Assembly: GCA_027491395.1 (NCBI GenBank)
Contig: JAOZFI010000034.1
Span: forward strand, 1-26,119
Reading direction: 5' to 3'
DNA length: 26,119 bases
DNA from: Thermoproteota archaeon
Lineage (GTDB): Archaea; Korarchaeota; Korarchaeia; Korarchaeales; Korarchaeaceae
The notes beneath the pieces were generated by a model. It had not been told where the DNA came from. It searched no databases and saw nothing but the letters and a program-made list of their open reading frames with translations. Shown one piece after another: positions 8,218 through 16,605 of this stretch (position 1 is its first letter; each line of letters opens with the position of its first letter). The position numbers were made by a program, and so were the translations under genes.

Positions 8218-9735
8218 TCAGTCCTCTATTATGACGGCGTCTGAGCCCAGTCCCTTAATTCCGTTAAGAAGTTCGTTGAAGGCCTGATCAGGCGTTAGAT
8301 CACCGCTCTCAACTCCTCTGAGGATGTTAAATACTATCCTGCTGTAGTCTCCCCACTTGGGGTGGTTCGGAATGAACGTGGTGTAATCGAGCATGTAGGC
8401 CACATCAGCCAAGAAGGGCTCTTTCTTGTACCTGCTGTCGCTTATCTCACTGTATAGGATGGCCAGATGGCTGCTCTGGACCGCGTGGTTGGCGTTCAGG
8501 TGCGGATCGGTCACCAGGGTTATCAGGAGGAAGGCAACATCGGCTACTCCCCTCTCCTGTGCCTGCTTGGTTATCGTGTAGATGAGCGGGTGGCTTAGCG
8601 TCACAGGTTCCTTTCCGGGCTCACCGGCTGGGTGCAGCATGTACCCTACGTTCTCGTTGAACTCCTCGTTGGTCAGCAGTCCCTTGCTCACCCACTCTCC
8701 CTTATGCCAAGTACCGCCTGACAGGAACAGGGCCTTCCCCTGCGTGAACGGGCCGTGGAAGTCCTTGTCCCAGTCACCCGAGAACTGAGTTGGGCTTATC
8801 ACCTTGTACTTCCAAACCGCGTCGTGGAACCACTGGAGCGTCTTCTTCCAGGCGCTCTTGGTGAAGACCATCTTGCCACTCTGAGCGTCCCACAGTCTGC
8901 CCCCATACGCCAGATAGAACTGGAAGTAGTCATATCCCTCCTTGACCCTGTGGAGTATGCCCCGCTCAACCAGTCCCTTGTCCACGGCCTCCTTCGCGAC
9001 CTCTAGTAGGTCCTTCAGCGTGAACTCTCCCCTCTTCACCTTCTCCGGTAGTTGTGCTATTTCCTCATCGCTCCATCCGAGCTTCTTCAATACGTCCTTC
9101 CTGAAGTACATGGGCCTGGCCTCTGTGTCCTGGGGAACCGCCCATATCTTGCCCTGATACTTAACCGCCTCCCATAAGGTGGGGATCACGTCGTAGTAGA
9201 CCACATCCCAGTACTCCTTTATGTAATCGTCGAGCGGGATTATGTAACCGTTCGCGGCCAGGAATCCGACGTCCTCATGGCCGGTGAGGTAGATGTCGGG
9301 AGCCTTCCCTGACTTGTAGGCGAGGTAGAACTTGTTCTTGTACTCTCCCCACTCCACGGGCCTGACGAAGAACTGGCCATCTATCTTCACCCTCACCTTG
9401 GATCCCAAAGCGGCTAACCACTTGTTGAGCATGTCAGCCGCTATCTGGAAGTTCTTCAGCCTGTACTCGCTGGGCGGATCCGGCCCTATGGTCCAGACCT
9501 TTATCGTGATCTCTCCCTCACCAGCGGATGCCAGCTTCTTGGTGAGTTCCTCCACCTTAGCCTTCAACTGCTCATTCTCAGCCTTCAACTTCTCCAGATC
9601 ACCAGAAGGAGCCGTAACCGTGGTGGTTACGGGGGCCCTCGGTGATAGAGCGTAACCTATAACTGCACCGATCAGGACGCCGATGACGAGGGAGACCAAA
9701 ATAGTGACGGGCTTCGAGGCCCCTCTTCTTCTCAA
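8218..9735 (-). CDS. Extracellular sugar-binding protein of a CUT1 ABC transporter
   Basis: Basic N-terminus plus TM anchor, Thr-rich linker and short coiled coil, then SBP_bac_1-like motifs (KAPDIY, GYIIPLDDY, GKIWAVPQDTE, YFRKDVLKKLG). TTG start after GGGGAGGTGA. Confidence 0.92.
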   Translation of the reverse strand: MRRRGASKPVTILVSLVIGVLIGAVIGYALSPRAPVTTTVTAPSGDLEKLKAENEQLKAKVEELTKKLASAGEGEITIKVWTIGPDPPSEYRLKNFQIAADMLNKWLAALGSKVRVKIDGQFFVRPVEWGEYKNKFYLAYKSGKAPDIYLTGHEDVGFLAANGYIIPLDDYIKEYWDVVYYDVIPTLWEAVKYQGKIWAVPQDTEARPMYFRKDVLKKLGWSDEEIAQLPEKVKRGEFTLKDLLEVAKEAVDKGLVERGILHRVKEGYDYFQFYLAYGGRLWDAQSGKMVFTKSAWKKTLQWFHDAVWKYKVISPTQFSGDWDKDFHGPFTQGKALFLSGGTWHKGEWVSKGLLTNEEFNENVGYMLHPAGEPGKEPVTLSHPLIYTITKQAQERGVADVAFLLITLVTDPHLNANHAVQSSHLAILYSEISDSRYKKEPFLADVAYMLDYTTFIPNHPKWGDYSRIVFNILRGVESGDLTPDQAFNELLNGIKGLGSDAVIIED

Positions 9736-9790
9736 AATCTTTCACCTCCCCACTCCCTAATATTTTTTATCAGTGGAAACTTTTAAATAT

Positions 9791-9877
9791 TGTGGGAATT
9801 CCGCAGCTTCCCGCTCCTTACTAGGAGGGGTGGTCTCGTGTTCACCCAACCGGTCCCAAGGGACCGGAGGTATCCCC
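9791..9877 (-). ncRNA. Candidate structured RNA (sRNA or long 5' leader) upstream of the sugar ABC operon
   Basis: Three adjacent hairpins are closed by a GGGGAU/AUUCCC stem. The element is GC-rich within AT-rich flanks, with TTATAA 23 nt upstream. Family not recognised. Confidence 0.45.
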
Positions 9878-9899
9878 AATTTTGTAACGGGGGTGTAGG

Positions 9900-9910
9900 T
9901 TATAATTTTT
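9900..9910 (-). promoter_or_regulatory. BRE/TATA promoter pointing into the 9877-9791 element
   Basis: The minus strand reads AAAAATTATAA. The spacing predicts a start at about 9877, the first G of the closing stem. Confidence 0.55.
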
Positions 9911-10005
9911 ATTCTGGTCTTCGTTTCCACTATAAACGGTGTTCCCGCGAGTCCGTTTCGCAGGTTAACGCTGGGTAAATGATATGGCGGTAATTAGATA
10001 GCTAT

Positions 10006-10665
10006 TCAAGCTCTGCGAGTTATGTAGCTGTAGATTATCCCCCTTCCCAGCACGGGATCCCTGATCTCCATCCTATACTCCCTTCCGAACCTCATCTCAC
10101 CGTTGATCCAAGGTATCGATCCGGAGAAGAGGACGGCATTTCCCTCGACCCCCGCCCTATCGATCAGCTCCTCAGCCCTAAGCAATCTTTCAGCCTTGGA
10201 GCTCTGGGCGAGGGTTCCGTCTACCTTGAGCTCCAGAATTAGCTCGTCCCAGTGGTCCACCACCTCCTCGTAAGGCCATACAATGGGCGGGATGACCTTC
10301 GGGTAGAGTTGCTTCGATAACGGTATGCTCGTCCTCTCCACATCCCTGTCAGTATGATCGCTCCCGACCGTGACGTACCTCGGTCTTCCCCCCTCGAGTA
10401 GGATCACGTACTCTACCTCCCCGCTGTTCCTGCTCTCCAGTACTCCGGTCCTACGGGAGGTCGTGAGGAGGTTGGGCCCCACTCTGAAGAACTGGGGAAC
10501 CTCGCTGGGAGGCGGTACGCCTATCCTCTTCAACTCCTCCACATGAGCCATTACCTCATCCCTGTCCCTTCCTGACCAGCCCGCCAGAACGAGTCTATCA
10601 TAGGAGAATCTACGAGGGATGACCTCTCCACTAGCCAGCACTGCCACGATATCCAGTGACGGCAC
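10006..10665 (-). CDS. DUF2848-like protein (fumarylacetoacetate-hydrolase-related fold)
   Basis: LVLAGWSGRD....AHVEEL..IGVPPPSEVP, SGEVEYV, VTVGSDHTDRDVE, SKQLYPK and VVDHWDELIL match the family as recalled. Confidence 0.8.
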   Translation of the reverse strand: MPSLDIVAVLASGEVIPRRFSYDRLVLAGWSGRDRDEVMAHVEELKRIGVPPPSEVPQFFRVGPNLLTTSRRTGVLESRNSGEVEYVILLEGGRPRYVTVGSDHTDRDVERTSIPLSKQLYPKVIPPIVWPYEEVVDHWDELILELKVDGTLAQSSKAERLLRAEELIDRAGVEGNAVLFSGSIPWINGEMRFGREYRMEIRDPVLGRGIIYSYITRRA

Positions 10666-10951
10666 TCCCCAACGAGAGGGAGTAGCCCTTAAACTTGCAA
10701 GTATAAGTGTTAACTCGAGGCTGGCCGCTTTCGTAGGGGTTCTAACGGGAGCGGTTTCAAGTGATTATAGGGCTCCAGCCGACATCAGAGGTAGGAGGGG
10801 TGGTCCAAAGAAATGTAGAAAGACCAAAGGGGCTAAGAGGTTAGAAGGGCATATGATGACGAGTCTTGGGATCCAAGGCCCAGCTGGACAAGTTGCAGGA
10901 CCCAGTCCCTGACTCAGAAAATTTGTTATAGGTTTCTGGTGGGTAAGCTGG

Positions 10952-11644
10952 ATGGCCGAACTTACCCCGAGGGCCCAAGACTATCTGCGCACCATATACC
11001 AGCTATCGTCCAAGGGAAGCAAGGTGAGGCTCGTCACACTCTCCGAAGCCCTTGGAGTCAGGATGCCCACGGCGTTGCAGATGGTGAGGTCCTTGGCGGG
11101 TCAGGGCCTAGTTAAGTACGAGAAACATGGTGAGATCGAGCTGACTGAGGAGGGCAAACGCATAGCTGAGGAGATACAGACCAAGCACAACCTCCTCTTC
11201 GAGTTCCTCACCAAGTACCTCGGAGTGGACCCTAGGGTGGCTGAGAAGGACGCTTGCGGGATGGAACATCACATGAGCGAGGAGACCTACGACCGCCTCC
11301 TGAAATTCATAGAGTTCATGGAAGGTTGTCCCCACGGGCTGCCGAGGTGGCTGGAGGGCTTTCACTTCTACCTGAGGTGGGGGAGGAGACCTGTTCTGAG
11401 GGCGGATGAGGAGGCCGTGATACTCCCAATGAGGAGGCTCTCGGATTTAGAGCCGGGTGAAGCCGGTAAGGTCGTGGCTGTCCGGGCGGGTCCGGACGAG
11501 AGGCTTAGGTTGGCTGAGAGGGGAATCGTGATAGGGAGCACCGTCCTCATGGAGGAGAAGACGGGTAAGCGAGTGAGTGTAAGGTTGATAGAAGGCAGAA
11601 TCGATCTATCGATTGAAGAGGCCTCGCTAGTCTCGGTGATATAG
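10952..11644 (+). CDS. DtxR/MntR-family metal-dependent transcriptional regulator with C-terminal FeoA domain
   Basis: QDYLRTIY, HTH, LTEEGKRIA...KHNLL, metal site DACGMEHHMS, CPHG and a FeoA-like LSDLEPGEAGKV...RLAERGIVIG region. Confidence 0.92.
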   Translation: MAELTPRAQDYLRTIYQLSSKGSKVRLVTLSEALGVRMPTALQMVRSLAGQGLVKYEKHGEIELTEEGKRIAEEIQTKHNLLFEFLTKYLGVDPRVAEKDACGMEHHMSEETYDRLLKFIEFMEGCPHGLPRWLEGFHFYLRWGRRPVLRADEEAVILPMRRLSDLEPGEAGKVVAVRAGPDERLRLAERGIVIGSTVLMEEKTGKRVSVRLIEGRIDLSIEEASLVSVI

Positions 11645-11815
11645 GACGAGCGGGGAGCTAATCGATTCATCTCCTCAGGTCTCGTCCTATCCAGATTTAA
11701 ATTAAAGGGAAGTCATGCTCGCGCCTGATTAGAATGGATCAGTCTCAACGGCAATCGAGAGATGAGTGCCTGCGAGACCGAACTCATCAGCCCTGAATCC
11801 GGCAGAGGGATTCGG

Positions 11816-12433
11816 ATGAACGCCAAGGTGGTCAGGATCTGCTGCGGACCGTACGAGAGCCTCGCTTACCTGCTAGTGGATGAGGAGCGTGGAGATGCTG
11901 TTCTGATCGATGCAGGTCCCCCAGCCGAGGAGATCCTTAACGTCCTCGGAAGGGAGGAAGCTTCACTGAGACTCGTGCTTGTGACTCACACTCACTTCGA
12001 CCACATTGCAGGGCTCCCTGAGCTGGCGGACCATATGGATGTGAGGGCCTTAGCACACGAGGAGGACATCTCCGTCCTCAGCGATTTCTGGCCGCTCAAC
12101 ATGGGACCCCTTCACGATCTGGAGCCTCTTGAAGGGGATGTGAGGATCGGTTCCCTCTCGATAGAGCCCCTCCATACGCCCGGCCACACACCCGGCAGTG
12201 TCTGCTATCACATCAGGAAGCTGGGGGCTGTGTTCACTGGAGACACGCTCTTCAAGGGGAATATCGGGAGGACCAACTTCAAGCACGGTGATCCCATGAG
12301 AATGAGGGAGAGCCTCCTAAGGCTGATGGAACTCCCCCCATCGACAGCGGTCCTGCCCGGACATGGGGAACCCACGACGATCGGGGCGGAGAGGGCCAAT
12401 CTAGGGGAGTACCTTAGGTGGCTGGAGACATAG
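11816..12433 (+). CDS. Metallo-beta-lactamase fold hydrolase (glyoxalase II-like)
   Basis: THTHFDH, HTPGHTPG, FTGDTLF and LPGHG. Start is ATG 11816 (alternative 11762). Confidence 0.92.
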   Translation: MNAKVVRICCGPYESLAYLLVDEERGDAVLIDAGPPAEEILNVLGREEASLRLVLVTHTHFDHIAGLPELADHMDVRALAHEEDISVLSDFWPLNMGPLHDLEPLEGDVRIGSLSIEPLHTPGHTPGSVCYHIRKLGAVFTGDTLFKGNIGRTNFKHGDPMRMRESLLRLMELPPSTAVLPGHGEPTTIGAERANLGEYLRWLET

Positions 12434-12460
12434 GCCGCGCAGTCAGATCACTCATTATGG

Positions 12461-13681
12461 GTGTCCGTGATGGAGAGGCGCGTCATCAAGAGGAACTTGG
12501 GGGTGATGGCCGCTACCTGGGCGATCATGAGTCCTTTCACCTCTGCTACTGGCGTTTACTCCTCCCTATACATACTGGAGCTCGGGGGGAGCCCCGTAGA
12601 GGTCGGCCTGATCGTGATGGTCGGAACTATCGTTCTGGCCTTTTCAAGGCTCATAGGCGGCTACCTGGCCGATACAGTTGGAAGGAAGCGCATCTTGGTC
12701 CCGATGACGACCCTGTACGGGGCCTCCTACTTCCTCTACGCCCTCGCGCCCGACTGGACGTGGGTGCTGTGGGGCACAGTGGTGGGGAGCGTCGCCCTAA
12801 TGTACCAGCCGGCAGTCCAAGCCATAGTCGCCGACACCCTACCCCCCGAGTCTAGGGGGAAGGGGTTGACCGCCTCTCAAACGCCCTCCCAGCTCACTGC
12901 GCTGGCGGGCCCGCCCCTGGCCACGGTCCTCGTCTCGGCCATGGGACTGGAGGATGCGATGAGGCTCCTCTATTCGGTCACGGCCCTAGCGGTGATGTCG
13001 GCAGGCCTGTTAAGGACCCTCCTAATCGAGACCCACAGGAGGAAGGTCCAGCTGGGATTCAGGCAGGCGTTGGGGGAGTATCTGAGCGCCCTCAAACTGC
13101 TGAAAGGGGATCTGGGTAGGCTTCTCATGGTAACCTCGTCGGTGAGGGCTCTCTACAGGATGTCCTTCCCCTTCGCCCAGATATACGCGGTCAAGATACT
13201 GGGGGTGAGCGAGGAGTTCTGGGGGCTCATCTCAACAGCAATGAGCTTCGAGTCAACGTTCACGACCCTCATCTCTGGATATCTGGCTGACAGAGTAGGC
13301 AGGAGCGCGGTCATGGCGCTGGGATACGCCTCCGGAGCGACTGGTCTGGGGATGCTTGCCCTGGCGCCCAAAGATCAACCTCTTTACGTGTTGGGCTCGA
13401 TGCTCATCGCCGTGGCCTTCGCGTCACGACCAGCAGCGTTCGCCCTCATGGCGGATCTCACCGACAGGGAGGTCAGGGGAAAGGTCAGCGCGATAAGCGG
13501 GTTGCTCGAGGGTAACCTGTCCGGCATGATGTCGGGGGTTGGGGGGATAGCCTACAGCCTTTATCCGCCCCTCCCCTTCGGGATCGCAGCCATAGGCCTG
13601 ATTCCACTGACCATAATTACGTGGAGGATCTTGCCGGGGGGCGCCGTGGGATCCAACCCGACGCGCGAACCGACTAGCTAG
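12461..13681 (+). CDS. Major facilitator superfamily transporter
   Basis: About 12 TM segments. Motif A appears in both halves (GYLADTVGRK and GYLADRVGRS). Confidence 0.93.
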   Translation: MSVMERRVIKRNLGVMAATWAIMSPFTSATGVYSSLYILELGGSPVEVGLIVMVGTIVLAFSRLIGGYLADTVGRKRILVPMTTLYGASYFLYALAPDWTWVLWGTVVGSVALMYQPAVQAIVADTLPPESRGKGLTASQTPSQLTALAGPPLATVLVSAMGLEDAMRLLYSVTALAVMSAGLLRTLLIETHRRKVQLGFRQALGEYLSALKLLKGDLGRLLMVTSSVRALYRMSFPFAQIYAVKILGVSEEFWGLISTAMSFESTFTTLISGYLADRVGRSAVMALGYASGATGLGMLALAPKDQPLYVLGSMLIAVAFASRPAAFALMADLTDREVRGKVSAISGLLEGNLSGMMSGVGGIAYSLYPPLPFGIAAIGLIPLTIITWRILPGGAVGSNPTREPTS

Positions 13682-14094
13682 CTGCAACTCTAAAGTTGTT
13701 CACGAGGAACCTCCGAATGTGTTCCCTCCTGAGGACGAACCTGACACCGTACCTCCTCTTGAAGGGAAGCTTCAGGATGTTGTGAATCAGGATGAGTGCC
13801 TCCCTCTGCACCTGCCATGGAACACCCTACCTTCGTTGACCCTGAGAGCCCCCGTAGGGCATGCCTGAACGCACACATAGCATCGGCGACATGCCTCGGG
13901 ATTCACCATCACAGGCCTCCTCCTCGGCCTCTCACTTACTCCAAACAGCGAAACTCTCATTGTCCTGAGCTTCCATACCTCGCTAGAGAAGGGGCAGGCG
14001 GTCATGCACTCCTCTCCGCCACCGCATGCTGGATAGTATATGACGAGCGGGCATCTCGCCTCACGAACTCGTGCCAGTGGAGCGTAGAATCCAT
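13674..14094 (-). pseudogene. 4Fe-4S dicluster (ferredoxin-like) protein broken by two frameshifts
   Basis: ATG 14094 after GAGGTCAGGACC gives MDSTLHWHEFVRR. A shift near 14050 leads to PLVIYYPACGGGEECMTACPF...CRRCYVCVQACPTGAL. A second shift between about 13790 and 13826 leads to EALILIHNILKLPFKRRYGVRFVLRREHIRRFLVNNFRVAAS* (TAG 13674-13676). Confidence 0.7.
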
Positions 14095-14218
14095 GGTCCT
14101 GACCTCAAAGGACGATCATACCAGTTTCAAGATAATGTTCATTACTTATGCTCGTCAAGTTGCCATCACTAATCTTCCTAATTTTTGATAAATCCTTAAA
14201 ATTTTACTGATCAGTAAA

Positions 14219-14835
14219 CTAAGAGGCAACTCCTCCAGGTAATTCAGCGATAGGTGGAATCATTGATACGAACCTCGCTATGACGACTAACATCAGAAAG
14301 ATTCCTATTAAACCGTGGATCAGTACAACTACCATCGCTAAAGGATTGACTACATCAGGCAGCACTATCCCGTATCCTGTCATCACCGAGAGGCTCATGA
14401 GCAGATACGTTAAGTACCCCGCATTGTAGCTAGAAGGTCTAATGCCCAGTAATTTGTAAGTTATCGTAAACCAAAACATAATCTCCGCAAAGTTAAACAT
14501 AACTAGGATATTCGATCTAATTAGATTCTTAACTCTATAGGGGAGGAGGGAACCTCTCCTTCTGTACCAGTCAAAGAAGACCACGTTAATTTGATATATA
14601 AGTATCTCTCCGAAACCCTGTAACAACCATATAACCAGATTAAAACGCCTAAATATCCCAAGCATCCTTGAAGCGTCATTAGAGAAAATATAGCGGATGC
14701 TATTGTGTTCACTAGCACCCAAGTATCCACGAAGCCGTAATCTCGCTCTTTCTTCAGGAGTTTTCTAATAATTGAGAACAAGGTGGTCTTTCTCAGTACT
14801 AGAAACACTCTGGACAGATATTCCACTAGGTCCAT
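14219..14835 (-). pseudogene. AT-rich membrane protein with a potassium-channel-like pore segment; frameshifted near 14605-14615
   Basis: Two overlapping ORFs join as ...WLYGCYRV|EILIYQINVVFFD... at a GAGAGA run. The C-terminal TM-pore-TM layout contains SLSVMTGYG. Confidence 0.65.
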
Positions 14836-14967
14836 ATACCACTCATGGGGATTCTAAGGGTGTTTTTTCCTATTTTTCTTTAATTCATACTTCTGATTTC
14901 TCAGTTGGCCCTTAATTCTCCATAGTACTTCTATTCGGTCGCATAAATACTGAAAAAGGCGAAGCAT

Positions 14968-15672
14968 CTACATCAAACCAAGATAAGCCCTTCTGACGTG
15001 CTCGTTCCTCAGGAGCTCCTCGCTGTCCCCCTCCAAGACCACCCTGCCCGTCTCGAGAACGTATCCCCTGTCAGAGACCTCCAATGAGATCTTGGCGTTC
15101 TGCTCAACCAGCAGGATGGTCACCCCTTCCTCCCTTATCTCCGAGACGACCTTCATGACCCTCTTGACTATCTTGGGCGCCAGGCCCAAGGAGGGCTCGT
15201 CCAGCATTAGAATCTGTGGATCGCTCATAAGTCCCCTAGCTATGGCAAGCATCTGCTGCTCCCCGCCGCTCAGGGTCGAGGCAAGCTGATTCTTCCTCTC
15301 CTTGAGGACTGGGAATATCTGGAAGACCCTTTCCAGGAGGTTCTGGTACTTAGAGCTGTCCACAGCATAGGCACCCATCCTCAGGTTCTCCATGACTGTC
15401 ATCTTCGGAAAGAGGTGTCTGCCCTCAGGCACTAGGGAGAGCCCCATCTTCACTATCCGGTGAGTGGGAAGTCCAGTTATCCTCTCCCCGTTGAACTCTA
15501 TCTCCCCACTGAAAGGTCTCACTATGCCCATCACGCTCTTCAGCGTAGTGGTCTTGCCGGCGCCGTTCGCCCCGATCAGCGAAACTATCTCTCCCCTATT
15601 CACCCTCAGGCTGACGTCCCAGAGCACCTGGACTTCCCCGTAACCGGCATTTAGCCCCCTTATCTCCAGCAT
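14968..15672 (-). CDS. livF: Branched-chain amino acid-type ABC ATP-binding protein
   Basis: GANGAGKTT, VPEGRHLFP, LSGGEQQMLAIAR, LDEPSLGLAP and LVEQN. Confidence 0.93.
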   Translation of the reverse strand: MLEIRGLNAGYGEVQVLWDVSLRVNRGEIVSLIGANGAGKTTTLKSVMGIVRPFSGEIEFNGERITGLPTHRIVKMGLSLVPEGRHLFPKMTVMENLRMGAYAVDSSKYQNLLERVFQIFPVLKERKNQLASTLSGGEQQMLAIARGLMSDPQILMLDEPSLGLAPKIVKRVMKVVSEIREEGVTILLVEQNAKISLEVSDRGYVLETGRVVLEGDSEELLRNEHVRRAYLGLM

Positions 15673-16464
15673 CTAATCCTCACCCAAGTAGGCCTCGACG
15701 ACCTTAGGGTCCCTCGCCACCTCCTCCGGTCTGCCCTCCGCTATCTTCTCACCGTGGTGGAGCACCACCAAGCGGTCGCTGAAACTCATTATGGCCTTCA
15801 TCACGTGCTCTATCATCACGATCGTGAGATCCTTCTCCTCCTTTATCCTCCTGAGGAGATCGACCTCCCACTCCACCTCCTGACTGCTCAGCCCGGCCAT
15901 AACCTCGTCCAGCAGAAGGACAGTCGGTTCGATAGCTAGCACTCTAGCCAGCTCGAGCCTCTTCCTCTCGACGACGGTGAGATGACCTGCAGGAGAATCG
16001 GCCTTGTGCTCCAATCCCACTACCTCCAGTATACTCCTAGCCTCGCGGATCAGATCTCTCATTCCGACCCTGAATCCGTTTCTGCCCCTCTTCGCGAACA
16101 ATAGCCCTATCAGGACATTCTCCAATGTGCTCATTCCCTCGAAGGGTTTAGCTATCTGGAATGTCCTAGCAAGGCCGAGCTTGCTCAGATAATGGGGCCT
16201 CCTCCCCGTGATATCGTGGCCCAGGTAGATGACCCTCCCCCTGTCAGGTCTGAGGAATCCGGTGATGACGTTGAAAAGCGTCGTCTTGCCGGCGCCGTTC
16301 GGTCCTATTATCCCCAGCACTTCCCTAGGCTTCACAAGGAAAGAAACTCCCTTGAGGGCCTTCAATCCACCGAAGTACTTGTGGATGTTCACTACCTCGA
16401 TGACCCTGTCCAGCGAGTCCAGATCCACGTTAAGGTCCCTTATCGCCACTATGCCCCCCGTCAT
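15673..16464 (-). CDS. livG: Branched-chain amino acid-type ABC ATP-binding protein
   Basis: FGGLKAL, GPNGAGKTTLFN, ARTFQ, LLDEVMAG, IEHVM and V.EAYLG. GGAGG RBS before ATG 16464. Confidence 0.93.
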   Translation of the reverse strand: MTGGIVAIRDLNVDLDSLDRVIEVVNIHKYFGGLKALKGVSFLVKPREVLGIIGPNGAGKTTLFNVITGFLRPDRGRVIYLGHDITGRRPHYLSKLGLARTFQIAKPFEGMSTLENVLIGLLFAKRGRNGFRVGMRDLIREARSILEVVGLEHKADSPAGHLTVVERKRLELARVLAIEPTVLLLDEVMAGLSSQEVEWEVDLLRRIKEEKDLTIVMIEHVMKAIMSFSDRLVVLHHGEKIAEGRPEEVARDPKVVEAYLGED

Positions 16465-16605
16465 TTTGACGACCTCCTAGCTAGTCAGCGCATCGCTGAT
16501 ATCGCTGATAGACTAAATAACGCTCCAAGTCCTAAGTAGGATGCCGAAGCCTTTAAGTTTTTCCCAACTCCTCTAGGTCTGCCCGCTCTGAAGGGTGGTG
16601 ATTTT

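Noticed and set aside
10853-10915. ATGATGA ... CTGA about 60 nt apart with short stems, as a C/D box sRNA
   Set aside because: The length is plausible, but I found no recognisable D'/C' boxes and no rRNA/tRNA complementarity. A snoscan-type search would settle it.
11760-11790. CTGATGA on the minus strand as a hammerhead ribozyme core
   Set aside because: No GAAA follows a stem II and no stem I/III arrangement is present.
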